Source of the DNA: Lachnospiraceae bacterium
Lineage (GTDB): Bacteria > Bacillota > Clostridia > Lachnospirales > Lachnospiraceae
Direction of reading: 5' to 3'
Length of the DNA: 64,000 nucleotides
Assembly: GCA_029062885.1 (NCBI GenBank)
Contig: JAIDPH010000125.1
Span: forward strand, 1,661 to 65,660
Shown piece by piece: positions 1 to 10,025 of the stretch (the stretch's first letter is position 1; every line of letters begins with the position of its first letter). The notes under the pieces were generated by a model that had not been told where the DNA came from, ran no database searches, and was given only the letters and a program-made list of their open reading frames with translations. A program made the position numbers and the translations under genes.

Positions 1-100
1 TTTTCCACAAGGGATAAAATTATCGCGAAATGCCAATAGTGACGACTTAACATAATGAATGATGAAGTAAGAATAGATTCAGAAGGATGACTCTATTGCA

Positions 101-129
101 AACAATATATGCATAAAGCATATATTGTT
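101..129. promoter_or_regulatory. Perfect 12-bp inverted repeat, probable operator upstream of the 228 gene
   Basis: aacaatatatgc-ataaa-gcatatattgtt. Confidence 0.5.
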
Positions 130-227
130 CATGACTTGAAAGCTGTATATATTTTTTGTGTATGTAAATGCATGATATACGTCGCTTATAAAAAGCGATA
201 TACTATTTCTTGAAAGGGGTGATAAAA

Positions 228-1463
228 ATGTCTTATCAAATTGATAATCAGGAAATAGGAATTTATATTTCGGGATTAATTGAACGAGAATTTATGTCCG
301 CACGCCAGTTTTGCAAGGCATATCTTCAAAAAGACGGTATAAATGAACCTACTAGAGAGGATATTCAAAATATGGCAAACCGTTTGTCCCAAATAAAAAA
401 AGGAACAAAGGCAATTCAGATTCATGATTTGCCAATTTTTTCAGAGTTGCTTCACGTTTCTTTCGAACAGATATTAAGTGCCGGAAAATGTGGTGAGCCC
501 AGAAATAATAGAATGACAAATTATACTGTTGCCCAATCCCACAGCGAAGCTGAATGGATTGCTTACATCGAGGAGAAAGATAAGCCTATCCTCAATCCTG
601 ACGAATATGGAAAAACTGTATTGGATTATGCAATTATGTTTGGAAATTATGATTTCCTGAAATTTTTGGTGAATGAAAATTATATATGGTTTGACAGTCG
701 AAAAGATAATGATTATGTTATGACATTTGGTGCAGGGACAAAAATTCAGCGTATTAAATTTGAAGAGTGTGACAATGGTGTATTTATACGTAAACCCGAT
801 ATGAATGATCTGCAGTATAAGCTTGCAACAGAGGATCAATTGAGGATGTATATTATTTCCTTCGCAGCAGACCACAATGATCTGTCTATGCTGAAGAAAT
901 TGAGGGCAAGGGAAATTCCTGAATTATATTATAAAGCGCATTATTTGTCCTGCACATGCCCGGATTTCGATGTTCATTATGATAAAAACATGGTAAGCCA
1001 TATTGCAAAATCTAGTGATAAGGTGCTGAATTATTTTACGGATTCATTTGAAATCCGAGATCGGATTCGATATAAAGATGGCAGCAACCGTAAGCATATA
1101 TTTATGTTTCCTTACATCTCTCAGCTGTTAGATATGCTGATTGAAAACGATAGTCCTTTTCTGAAAACGGCATTGATAAAATGCATTGAACATAATGAGA
1201 GTACAAAGGAAAAATTGAAATCACTGATAAAGGAATCTATCAACAATGGCTGTTATTATGGGGATTATTGGAAAAAAGAGGTAGAGTTCCATGAAAATGG
1301 AAATATTGTTCATTTTCGAGATACTTTTGCTGTTACAGGAATCATAACCAATATAGCCGGCGCAACAAAGGAGTCTGCAAATCCCCAGATAAATTGTCTT
1401 ATCCAAAAATTGAATGACTCGTATAATGGAATAAAGTATATTACAGAAGAGGAGATTGCATGA
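228..1463 (+). CDS. Hypothetical protein with N-terminal XRE-like HTH and a single ankyrin-like repeat
   Basis: RBS-like AAGGGGTGA before ATG 228; HTH-like RLSQIKKG...LPIFSELLHVSFEQIL; ankyrin-like DEYGKTVLDYAIMFGNYDFLKFLV. Confidence 0.55.
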   Translation: MSYQIDNQEIGIYISGLIEREFMSARQFCKAYLQKDGINEPTREDIQNMANRLSQIKKGTKAIQIHDLPIFSELLHVSFEQILSAGKCGEPRNNRMTNYTVAQSHSEAEWIAYIEEKDKPILNPDEYGKTVLDYAIMFGNYDFLKFLVNENYIWFDSRKDNDYVMTFGAGTKIQRIKFEECDNGVFIRKPDMNDLQYKLATEDQLRMYIISFAADHNDLSMLKKLRAREIPELYYKAHYLSCTCPDFDVHYDKNMVSHIAKSSDKVLNYFTDSFEIRDRIRYKDGSNRKHIFMFPYISQLLDMLIENDSPFLKTALIKCIEHNESTKEKLKSLIKESINNGCYYGDYWKKEVEFHENGNIVHFRDTFAVTGIITNIAGATKESANPQINCLIQKLNDSYNGIKYITEEEIA

Positions 1464-1813
1464 GGAAAGTTTTTTATGTGTTTGGGTTTGCTGGTGCGAT
1501 TTCTGTTTATGCCAGTGTATATGATATTCTGTGACTTATCAAGGCTGCTTCACACCACTGCGCGGTTAAAGTCTTTAACAAGCCACAAAATATCATATAA
1601 TTGGTCAATTAAGCAGAAAATGAAATACAATCTTGCTATGGCAAGTTTACACTGCTAAAGCGAAACAGGGGTTTCGTTGAAGCGAACTATGCATTTGAGA
1701 TGGGAAAACATATTTTGATTATGAATGATGGCGATTTTTCACATGCTATTTCGGATAATATGGTAATAGATTCTGATGGAGAAATTTCTGAACCGAATTT
1801 GATATAAAACCGA

Positions 1814-1858
1814 AACTGCACCCAAGAGACCGATTTTCAGTCGAGTTTGGGTGCAGTT
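1814..1858. repeat. 12-bp inverted repeat (terminator or IS/REP-like end remnant)
   Basis: aactgcacccaa ... ttgggtgcagtt, flanked by A/T runs. Confidence 0.5.
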
Positions 1859-1914
1859 CTGTTTTGTGTGCATACCTTTCAAATATTCTTGTAGATATGA
1901 TCACGCAGTAGATG

Positions 1915-1970
1915 TGTTGAAAACATATTTCAACGAATATGTTGACAAAAACATTCAACAGTGATAAGAT
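1915..1970 (+). promoter_or_regulatory. Sigma-A promoter overlapped by two tandem palindromic operators
   Basis: TTGACA (1942-1947), 17 bp, TG-n-TAAGAT (1965-1970); operators TGTTGA-N9-TCAACG (1915-1935) and TGTTGA-N9-TCAACA (1940-1960). Confidence 0.75.
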
Positions 1971-2001
1971 TATTCCACAGACATGAAAGGAGCATACCAT
2001 A

Positions 2002-2862
2002 ATGGATGAGAATAATATCGGAAAACTTGTAAAAAAGGCAAAGGGAGATGACCGTTCGCTCCGAGAATATGCACGTGATTCTGGGGTGGATGCTGCTGTT
2101 ATCTCTAAAATCATAAACGGAACTTATGTACCCAAAAAGACGGATGTTTACAAATCTTTAACGAGTCAGGAAGCGTCGCCAAGAGGAGGGGTGACATATA
2201 AGCAGTTGGTAGAGGCGGCAGATTCGTCAAAATCATATCAAGCTGGAATTGTGGCAGGTATGGCCGCAACAGAAGCAGCTCTTATGGCAATTGGAGGGTT
2301 GCCAATAGCTACCATTGGTTTAGGAACTGCTGTTGCTGCGATAGCATCGAGTTTGTCCTCAACTAAAAGGAAAGGAGGAACTGATAAGGCTGATGAAGTA
2401 ATTAATGAAATACAGCAGTTTGTTGCTATATCAAACGGATTGATTTTCAGTGCATTAGGTGCAAAGGGAATTTCATTTCAAATAAAAAAAGATCGAAATG
2501 ATGAACTGAAAAATCAATTTGACACATACCTAAAAATAGACGGGCAGGAGTTAAAAGAATACATTTTTAGATATGTGTATCTTTCAAAGGAACATCAGAA
2601 AATACAATATATTGTCGAAAATACACCAAGGAGGATGATAGAGGAACTTATATTTTTGAAACCATCTAAGGAAAGGAAGGTGACCATAGTTACCAACTGT
2701 CCAGCCGCGTTTGATTATATGCTTTCCTACAAAAATAAAATATTCTACAACGGAGACTTATCGATAATGCTAGTGGATGTTAAAAGAGCAGAACTTCATA
2801 GGGAAGAATATATTTTACATTTTGCTGGTGAGGGTGCCGCCAGAGAATTATACATTTCATAG
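2002..2862 (+). CDS. XRE-like HTH protein with central hydrophobic segment
   Basis: AAAGGAG RBS; RSLREYARDSGVDAAVISKIING HTH; Ala/Gly-rich hydrophobic stretch. Confidence 0.6.
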   Translation: MDENNIGKLVKKAKGDDRSLREYARDSGVDAAVISKIINGTYVPKKTDVYKSLTSQEASPRGGVTYKQLVEAADSSKSYQAGIVAGMAATEAALMAIGGLPIATIGLGTAVAAIASSLSSTKRKGGTDKADEVINEIQQFVAISNGLIFSALGAKGISFQIKKDRNDELKNQFDTYLKIDGQELKEYIFRYVYLSKEHQKIQYIVENTPRRMIEELIFLKPSKERKVTIVTNCPAAFDYMLSYKNKIFYNGDLSIMLVDVKRAELHREEYILHFAGEGAARELYIS

Positions 2863-2878
2863 GAGGAGGATTCTGAGT

Positions 2879-3334
2879 ATGGAAGAAAAGGAAAAGAAGA
2901 CATTTATCACATGGGTAAAGGAACATAAGAAGCAGCTTGTAATTGCCGGAGTCAGTATAACGGCTATTGTGCTTGCGATTCTTGCAGTTAAAAACAGAGA
3001 AACGCTTATGAAACTTTGGGCAGAGCTTAAGGATGCTATTATGGACATAACAAAATCCGCAGACAAAATAACAGTTGAAAGCACAGAGCCCTCTGTAAAG
3101 GTTGGGGAAGTAGTTAATGTGGTCGATGTGATAAATCCCCCGGCACTGATGGTTGTGGATAACACAACAATAGACAAAATTCCGTTTGGAGTGCAAAAGC
3201 ATGTACGTAACCTTGCTCCGGGATACCATCCCTCGCCAGAGAAGATAGCAACTGCACTTGAGAATGGAATTGAACTTCTGCCAAACCAGACCTGGGTTAG
3301 GGATTATATTAAAGGGTTGGCAGTGGTAGCTTAA
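2879..3334 (+). CDS. Hypothetical protein with N-terminal transmembrane helix
   Basis: AGGAGGAGG RBS; LVIAGVSITAIVLAILAV. Confidence 0.65.
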   Translation: MEEKEKKTFITWVKEHKKQLVIAGVSITAIVLAILAVKNRETLMKLWAELKDAIMDITKSADKITVESTEPSVKVGEVVNVVDVINPPALMVVDNTTIDKIPFGVQKHVRNLAPGYHPSPEKIATALENGIELLPNQTWVRDYIKGLAVVA

Positions 3335-3349
3335 TAGGAGGAAGCAGCA

Positions 3350-4411
3350 ATGAAGGCAAAGAGAATCGAGGAACTTATGACAGCAATGAAATCTTTTGGA
3401 AAGGAGAGCTATCACAAGAGTGAACTTCTCAATGAGATGTTTGCACTCCAGCAGGAAATTGTAGAACTGGCCTTCAGCGGCGATCATGCTGCAACTGCAG
3501 AACTGAAGATCTGGGATGTAGAGAGACATCTTGAACGGCTTAATGCAGATTGTGGAAATATTGCAGATGAAGAGCTTGCAAGATTTATGAAAGGAAGCAA
3601 GGTGCTCTGCAATCTTATCAAGGCAGAAATCTCTGGAAACAGAGGTGAGTACAAAGCGTTCAAAACTCTTGAGTATCTTAAGTCACAGAATAGAGTACTT
3701 AGAAATGTTGAACTTAGTGACGGAGATGTTCGTACTGAATTAGATGCAGTTGTTATCACTCCTAAGTGTGCAACAATTGTGGAAGTTAAGAACACTTCAA
3801 AGAATATTTTCATCGATGAGGAAGGGAACTACTACAGAACCGGTGAGTTCCTTAAGTGGGATAGTAATATTGCTGAGAGGATGTCTGTAAAGGAAGGACT
3901 TCTTAGAAAGGTTCTTGAATCTGCAGGTTATGGTCACATTCAGATAAGAAGCATTATTGTTTTCACAAATAACAGGATTGAGGTTCAGAACAAGTATCGC
4001 GAGATCAGAACAAGCTTTGTTAGTCAGCTGGCATACATCATTGATGGTTATAGATTAGACGACAGCATGGCAGCAGAAGAGATGGATAGCATTCAGAAGA
4101 TTATCAAAGATGCAGAATGTAAGGAAGGTTATCCGTTTGAATTTGATGTAAATCAGTACAAGGCAAACTTTGCAACTCTTATGGCAACACTTGAATTTGC
4201 AAAGAAGCATGAGACCGAAGCAGAAATTGAAGAAGAGCTTGTAATTCAGTCTGAAAAGACAAGCAAGAAGATGACCTTTACATCTGTTATGAGAGCACTA
4301 TTTACATCGAAGCAGTTTAAGTATGCAGGAAGCACAGCAGCGGCAGTTGTGGTTTCGGTAGCATCAGGAATTATTGCAGTAAACACTATTGGAAAAGGAG
4401 GATTTTTATGA
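3350..4411 (+). CDS. NERD-domain (PD-(D/E)XK) nuclease-related protein with C-terminal hydrophobic anchor
   Basis: GNRGE...ELDAVVITPKCATIVEVKN NERD motif; hydrophobic C-terminus. Confidence 0.75.
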   Translation: MKAKRIEELMTAMKSFGKESYHKSELLNEMFALQQEIVELAFSGDHAATAELKIWDVERHLERLNADCGNIADEELARFMKGSKVLCNLIKAEISGNRGEYKAFKTLEYLKSQNRVLRNVELSDGDVRTELDAVVITPKCATIVEVKNTSKNIFIDEEGNYYRTGEFLKWDSNIAERMSVKEGLLRKVLESAGYGHIQIRSIIVFTNNRIEVQNKYREIRTSFVSQLAYIIDGYRLDDSMAAEEMDSIQKIIKDAECKEGYPFEFDVNQYKANFATLMATLEFAKKHETEAEIEEELVIQSEKTSKKMTFTSVMRALFTSKQFKYAGSTAAAVVVSVASGIIAVNTIGKGGFL

Positions 4412-4593
4412 AATTTGGTGAGAGTGAAGTTCTTAGAGAAGAAGGGGATATTCGCTTATTGAAAATTGGAGCTAGATATGATAGAGAAGTATTCTGTGTC
4501 CTTGGAAATGGATCTACCAAACATTATGATGATTATGAAGATGCATTGGAAGAATTTAACCTACGATGGATGAAAATGAAATTTGGCGATTAA
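4408..4593 (+). CDS. Small hypothetical protein
   Basis: AAGGAGG RBS; ATGA overlap with upstream stop. Confidence 0.55.
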   Translation: MKFGESEVLREEGDIRLLKIGARYDREVFCVLGNGSTKHYDDYEDALEEFNLRWMKMKFGD

Positions 4594-4676
4594 GGTGCTA
4601 AATTTATATTTGTAAAACTGGGAAATCAGTATTTGATGGTGGAGATACATAACCATGAAAGATATGATTTCATAAT

Positions 4677-5113
4677 GTGGCGCAGTGCTTCCGGGCAATC
4701 ATCGAGGACAGGGAAGAGCCTGAATTCGAGAGGGTGTGGACGGATATGCCAGATTCCTTTTCACGGATAAGAACGGCTACCCTGAAGTGGCGATGCATTG
4801 GGAAAACCGATTCAACCGCATGGTCAAACGGTACAATGATATTCATCGGGTACAGATGCCGAATATCACTCCCCACATCTGCCGTCATACCTACTGCAGC
4901 AACATGGCGAAGTATGGCATGAACCCCAAGCCACTCCAATACCTGACGGGGTATAGCGATATCGGAGTAACGCTGAATACCTACATGCACCTTGGCTTGG
5001 AGGATACAACGGACGAATTGAAGAGGATGGAAGAACTAGAGAATGCCAGAAAGGAACTAGAAAAGAACAAGGAAGAAAAGCCAGCCTCACAGAAAATGTT
5101 CAGGGCGATTTGA
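4677..5113 (+). pseudogene. Truncated, frameshifted 3' fragment of a Tn916-like tyrosine integrase
   Basis: AQCFRAIIEDRE and DGYARFLF...HICRHTYCSNMAK..NTYMH lie in two frames; collinear with the C-terminus of integrase 11942-13141. Confidence 0.85.
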
Positions 5114-5131
5114 TATATGGAGAGTTTGTGC

Positions 5132-5155
5132 GCCCTGCTTCGGCAGGGCTTTTTT
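5132..5155 (+). terminator. Rho-independent terminator
   Basis: gccctgc-ttcg-gcagggc-tttttt. Confidence 0.8.
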
Positions 5156-5323
5156 CGTTTATTCTCTATACCATAATATATGAATTTATGGTAAAATACC
5201 AAGGCAGTAAATCTTATATAAAGAGAAATGCGTGTCAAGGGATATTAAAAAGGGAAAGTATGTATGAATCAGGGCATAGATGAAAGAGAGTAAAAATTGT
5301 TTTGATGAAGGGTAGTCAGCAAT

Positions 5324-5470
5324 CGGTTAGATACCATTATGGAACAGATGAAAGCTGCCGAAGGCGTGACTGAGGAATTGAGGCGTACCCGTCAATGGAA
5401 CAGGTGTAGCGTTGTAATAACCTTCACAACCGGGCAGAAGAAATTGTTTTGTATGAGATGATTTTTCATA
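5324..5470 (+). pseudogene. TnpV-like protein remnant
   Basis: Reads RLDTIMEQMKAAEGVTEELR, then after a frameshift RCNNLHNRAEEIVLYEMI, resembling the TnpV C-terminus. Confidence 0.65.
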
Positions 5471-5568
5471 ATGGTATAGTGGAATTATTATTGCAAATTT
5501 GTAGAGAAGAAATTAAAATAAGGTAGAAATAGAAATGTTCGTAATACTATTTTTATGTGAGGATTATT

Positions 5569-6906
5569 ATGAAATACATGAACGATGTTCCAAAGGTAAA
5601 TTGTATTAACAATTTAAATCATTTCAATCAGTTTTTAAGACTGGGACAGAATGAATTTTGTGAGTTTTTAGTTAATTTTTTAAATCTTGAGGAAGTACGT
5701 ATTCAGGTTAATAGTTTAGATGTTTTAAAAAATTGGCTTAAAGTAGAGAGTCTTGATGTAGTAATGGAAGTCCCAGAACGAGGTGATGAGATTTGTGTTG
5801 TATCTCAAATACAAGTAAATGGTGTTTTAATTTCGTATTTTCCTTATGTATTGAAAGGAAGATATGTAAAATTATATTTTAAAGCAAAAAGTTTTTTGAC
5901 AAAACTATCAGAAGCAATTTCAGATCAGATTTCCCTATGTTATCTTCAAGATTTTAGGGGTGGGGATTGGATGTTTGGAGAAATTTTGGCACGAATGATT
6001 GTTGCAAATTGTATATCAGAAAAGAAATATGATGGTATAAAATTTGCACATCTTATTGAAAAAATGGAACAGATGGCAGTATCAACTTTTGAAGGAGAGT
6101 TCTTTCCTACTGGCGTAATTGTTAGTTCCGATTTTTCAAAATACAAGGATAATTATTTTGAATTTAAGACAGAGAGAGATATTAATTATCTTGATAAAAG
6201 AGAATGGTTTTTAGCTAATGGGCAAGAAAGTTTTTTCTTGCTGGATTCCAATTGCAAAACTAGAGGAATATACAGAAAATCTATGTCTTCTTTAACAGAT
6301 TTCATTAGTAGATATTTTGATGAATATTATTTATCTAATGATTTAAAAACACCAGATTTTCTAGTTCGAACAGTTGGTCCAAATGAAATATCTGTTTCAG
6401 ATGCTGATCATAAAGAATTTGTCAAAATTGAAAATGTGTGGAGATATAGGCATCCTAAAAATATCACACAATTCATGGTGGAACATTTACATATAGAATA
6501 TAAGGTGAGTTACGCTATTTTATATTATACTTTAAAATGCTCTAGAAATCATATTAGTTCTATCTTATGGATACCAATGGATTCAAGTGAAGAGACGATT
6601 AAAAAATATACTACATCAAACAGAGTAAACATTTGGAAAAGAAAACTGAATCTTTTAGATGAAAGTCACCAAGTTATATTAGAAAAAATTCTTGCCAGTG
6701 ATGGGGCAATAGTTATTGAAAAAAATGGACAAGTTCTATATGAGAGTGTTTTTGCAGATATGAAAGAAACTAATGAAGAGAAGGCAAAATTAGTAGGTTC
6801 AGGGGAAACTGCGGCTCGTTTCTTGGCAAAAAATGGAGTAGCAATTAAAATAAGTCAGGATGGAATGATAAAGGTTTTTGCAGGTGATGAAAAAATTTAT
6901 TATTAA
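5569..6906 (+). CDS. DisA_N/DAC (diadenylate cyclase-like) domain protein with variant catalytic motif
   Basis: C-terminal ASDGAIVI...GSGETAA...AIKISQDG.IKVF follows the DAC pattern; RHR motif replaced; very AT-rich cargo gene. Confidence 0.7.
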   Translation: MKYMNDVPKVNCINNLNHFNQFLRLGQNEFCEFLVNFLNLEEVRIQVNSLDVLKNWLKVESLDVVMEVPERGDEICVVSQIQVNGVLISYFPYVLKGRYVKLYFKAKSFLTKLSEAISDQISLCYLQDFRGGDWMFGEILARMIVANCISEKKYDGIKFAHLIEKMEQMAVSTFEGEFFPTGVIVSSDFSKYKDNYFEFKTERDINYLDKREWFLANGQESFFLLDSNCKTRGIYRKSMSSLTDFISRYFDEYYLSNDLKTPDFLVRTVGPNEISVSDADHKEFVKIENVWRYRHPKNITQFMVEHLHIEYKVSYAILYYTLKCSRNHISSILWIPMDSSEETIKKYTTSNRVNIWKRKLNLLDESHQVILEKILASDGAIVIEKNGQVLYESVFADMKETNEEKAKLVGSGETAARFLAKNGVAIKISQDGMIKVFAGDEKIYY

Positions 6907-6986
6907 ATTGGAAAACTCCTATTAATGAAGATTATAAGAGGAATTGATACTCCGATTTTGCCTGCAGTGAAACAAATAAAACTACA

Positions 6987-7026
6987 AAATGCTGTTGCAT
7001 GGACAAAATCCCAAGCAACAGCATTT
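6987..7026. terminator. Probable bidirectional terminator between convergent genes
   Basis: aaatgctgttgc ... gcaacagcattt 12-bp inverted repeat. Confidence 0.6.
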
Positions 7027-7028
7027 CT

Positions 7029-7838
7029 TTATCTCCGTTTCATCCGGCTCAATGGGGAATCTTTATATGCCGGAGATTTCTTCATGATATTTTTTAAGAT
7101 CGTGCGTTCCTGCTCCGTCAGTTTTTCATACCGGATTTGCAACTGCGTACACATAAGGGCGGTGAATACATCAAGATAGGAACCCGGTACTGCCATTGCC
7201 TTCTGTGCGTCCTTGAGCAGTTTCAAAGCATTAGAGTCATCCGGCGCACTGTCTGTATCATCCTTATGTACAGTCCTGATGTCATGGAGGATAGCATCCC
7301 ATGTCCGGTGGGTAATCTGGCAGAAATAATCCTCTTCCTGTATCTGTAAAGCATCCAATGCTTTTAAGGCAGTATCTTCCTCTGCCGGTTGATATTTGGA
7401 AAGAATTTGCTCCCGTAAGACTTCCAGAAGACTGTTGAAATCTTTGAAGTGCATGGTGGCGATACCGTCCACATAAATTTCAGTGTCCGTCATTAGAGTA
7501 ACAAAGTCCTTATGCGTGGCAATCTCACACAGTAATCGGTTGTTGATATGCCCGCTTTTTAACAGTTCTATCATATCATCATTCAAATGCAGCTCCGTAA
7601 GTTCTGTGTTCGAATGATTCCGGTTTTCTGTCAGGCAGAGGAGGTAATCCGTTGACACTCCGTAAAATTTTGCCAGCGTCACAAGACTGCCGTGGCTGAT
7701 TTCCTTATACTCTTCATTTTCATAGCTGCCTAAAGCTGATTTTGAAATACCTGTGGCTGTTGCCAGTTCTTCTAATTTTAAGTGTCGTTCTAATCTTAAA
7801 TCTTTCAACCGCTCTTGGATCGTCATTTCCTGTTTCAT
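7029..7838 (-). CDS. XRE-family transcriptional regulator of the mobilizable element
   Basis: RLKDLRLERHLKLEELATATGISKSALGSYE...LAKFYGVSTDYLL; AAGGAG RBS. Confidence 0.85.
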   Translation of the reverse strand: MKQEMTIQERLKDLRLERHLKLEELATATGISKSALGSYENEEYKEISHGSLVTLAKFYGVSTDYLLCLTENRNHSNTELTELHLNDDMIELLKSGHINNRLLCEIATHKDFVTLMTDTEIYVDGIATMHFKDFNSLLEVLREQILSKYQPAEEDTALKALDALQIQEEDYFCQITHRTWDAILHDIRTVHKDDTDSAPDDSNALKLLKDAQKAMAVPGSYLDVFTALMCTQLQIRYEKLTEQERTILKNIMKKSPAYKDSPLSRMKRR

Positions 7839-8232
7839 GAATTCGCGCTCCTTCACATTCGTTGCTTTTGCTAAATCATTATACCACACTAATTCCACGA
7901 ACATGGAATTTTTGGGATTTACTGCTTCATTCCTGATTTGTGGACATACGGCACAAGGAACGAAAATGTTCTATGATACAGATAGTTCATCGATGGATTA
8001 TTCCAATTGAATGACCGGCCTGTATGGGATATGCACCCCGGCGATGTAGCGCAACAACTTCCGGTAGGGGAATGAAGGAACTCCGACCGCAACGAGCGTA
8101 CCAGAGGGAGCAAAACGTTGCCGTAAAACCGGGGGCAGGAACGACAACAGGACAAACCGGCAAATGGATACAAGAATGATACTGAACCACAATATTTTCA
8201 CACACCAAAACAAGAAGGAGGACACCGACTGG

Positions 8233-8574
8233 ATGGAAGTTGAATTTATGACCGCAGACACGTCGTTGCCGCCGAGTATGCCGCTCCCGGAAGCGGTACT
8301 CCAGCTTCCGATTAGCAGCACTGCAAAGATCATGTATGCTCGTATGCTGGATGCTGTAATGACGGATGGCTTGGAAGACGTGAATGGGATTTTATTTATC
8401 CGTTTCCCAATCATGGAACTGTCAGAAGTACTTTCCAAAAGCCACATGACAGTCAAGCGATCCCTTAAAGAACTGGAGGAAGCCGGGCTGATCATGCGTG
8501 TCCGTCAAGGTATCGGGAAACCCAACAAAATATATGTACTTATCCCAAGGATGGAGGGGATATACCGTGAATGA
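8233..8574 (+). CDS. Replication-initiator-like winged-HTH protein (RepA_N-like)
   Basis: ISSTAKIMYARMLD...TVKRSLKELEEAGLIMRVRQGIGKPNKIY; AAGGAGG RBS. Confidence 0.65.
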   Translation: MEVEFMTADTSLPPSMPLPEAVLQLPISSTAKIMYARMLDAVMTDGLEDVNGILFIRFPIMELSEVLSKSHMTVKRSLKELEEAGLIMRVRQGIGKPNKIYVLIPRMEGIYRE

Positions 8575-8860
8575 AAAGCTGGAAAAACTGAATCGGGAAA
8601 TGGAAAAGACCGAAGCAAAATTGCGGCGAGCGCAGCATCAGGAAAAGATTCTGGAATACCAGATCAAGAAGCTTACCCGGAAAGAGCGAACCCACCGCCT
8701 CTGTACCAGAGGAGCAATGCTGGAAAGCTATCTGTCTCACCCGGAAAATGTGACGGATGAACAGATCGATGTCATTTTGAAAACACTTTTCCATAGGAAC
8801 GATATAAGGCAGTCCATAGGAAAAATTCTTGCAGAAAACGGAAAGGAGGAGACAGAGTGA
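8567..8860 (+). CDS. DUF3847-like mobilization accessory protein
   Basis: Coiled coil followed by RKERTHRLCTRGAMLES; typical neighbour of MobA/MobL. Confidence 0.7.
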   Translation: MNEKLEKLNREMEKTEAKLRRAQHQEKILEYQIKKLTRKERTHRLCTRGAMLESYLSHPENVTDEQIDVILKTLFHRNDIRQSIGKILAENGKEETE

Positions 8861-8877
8861 ATCATCCCCTCTGAAAG

Positions 8878-8920
8878 AGGGCGCAACTATACACCACCTG
8901 CCGGTGGTGCGTTGCGCCCT
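8878..8920. other. Putative oriT (MOBQ-like)
   Basis: Nested inverted repeats agggcgcaac/gttgcgccct and caccacc/ggtggtg; TGCGCCCT resembles the MOBQ nic sequence; upstream of the relaxase. Confidence 0.55.
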
Positions 8921-9156
8921 GCCGGGGGCTTCCTGCGGAAAGCAGATTATTTTCGCTCTGCTCCAATCATCACAGGGGACGTTACACTTCCCCTGCGCTG
9001 GCTACTGCCAGCTACCCCTTTGTGGACTTGCCGCCCGAAATCACTTTGCATTATAAGCTGTTTTCGTCTAGCAAATTTCCTGAAATTCAGTTATACTTTT
9101 TCAATGGGATAGCGTATAATGGAGCCAGTGACAAATTGGTATTTATGAGGTGCGTA

Positions 9157-9861
9157 ATGGGGAAAAAATATGGCGATATAGATATTGTAACAAATAATGA
9201 ATTGATAACTTTTGAATCATTTATTAAGAGACTTTTCGAATTGCATTATGAATGTAATCATGAGCACTATTTATCAGAAATATTTATGCCTTTTTTTCGA
9301 ATGTGCAGTGCTGAAAATACTAAAATAGTTCCTATATTTGATGATCGTGGATGTGGTCCGCGAACAGAAAATGAAACTAAAAGTAAGCAGAGAATGAAAA
9401 CTATATGTGCCCAAAATAAGAAAAATGGAAAATACGTTGTTCCTGATTATATATATGTTCCATTGGATTATAGTTTTGATAATCCAAAGAAAGCATATTT
9501 AATGATTGAAACCAAAAATCCTATTTTAATCAATGACGGAAACTATTATAGAGATTTATACGATTGTATTAGTGACTGTTATTTCGAATTGAAAGCTGAA
9601 ATTGAGACATGCGGATATGTTATTTTTACAGATGGTATAACCTGGATGTTTTTAGAAATGAATAGAGGTAAAATTACTGAAAGTGAAGAGTATAAAACAA
9701 TCAGGCTTGTGAATAAATTCGAATCATATTATAAAACAAATAGAATATCCGTAAAGCATGATATAGGTAATTCTGGTGTTGAGGAAGAACCTGCTGAATG
9801 GAACGAATTAAAACAAAGAATTAATCAATTATTAACACATTTATCAAAACAAGACAAATGA
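9157..9861 (+). CDS. Putative PD-(D/E)XK nuclease, HsdR N-terminal-like; low-GC insertion
   Basis: VPDYIY...LMIETK...VIFTDGITW motif pattern. Confidence 0.55.
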   Translation: MGKKYGDIDIVTNNELITFESFIKRLFELHYECNHEHYLSEIFMPFFRMCSAENTKIVPIFDDRGCGPRTENETKSKQRMKTICAQNKKNGKYVVPDYIYVPLDYSFDNPKKAYLMIETKNPILINDGNYYRDLYDCISDCYFELKAEIETCGYVIFTDGITWMFLEMNRGKITESEEYKTIRLVNKFESYYKTNRISVKHDIGNSGVEEEPAEWNELKQRINQLLTHLSKQDK

Positions 9862-10025
9862 TCTTTTGGCTGACAAAGAATACGACAGCTTTCAGTTTGT
9901 TGAACTAATATCCTATCAAAACTAAATAATTAGCCACCTAATAGTGACAAACCCAAGTAGGAAATCTTTTGACAGGTATCCTGCTTTTTCTATGCCCAGA
10001 ATCCAGGAGAAAGGAGGAAACACAC

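Noticed and set aside
1460-1808. Possible decayed nucleoside deoxyribosyltransferase-like gene (FVEANYAFEMGKHIL)
   Set aside because: Multiple stops and only a short motif; insufficient support
2780-3529. Long minus-strand ORFs (also e.g. 50783-51475, 38708-39325, 61172-61777)
   Set aside because: Shadows of well-supported plus-strand genes, lacking RBS or recognisable motifs
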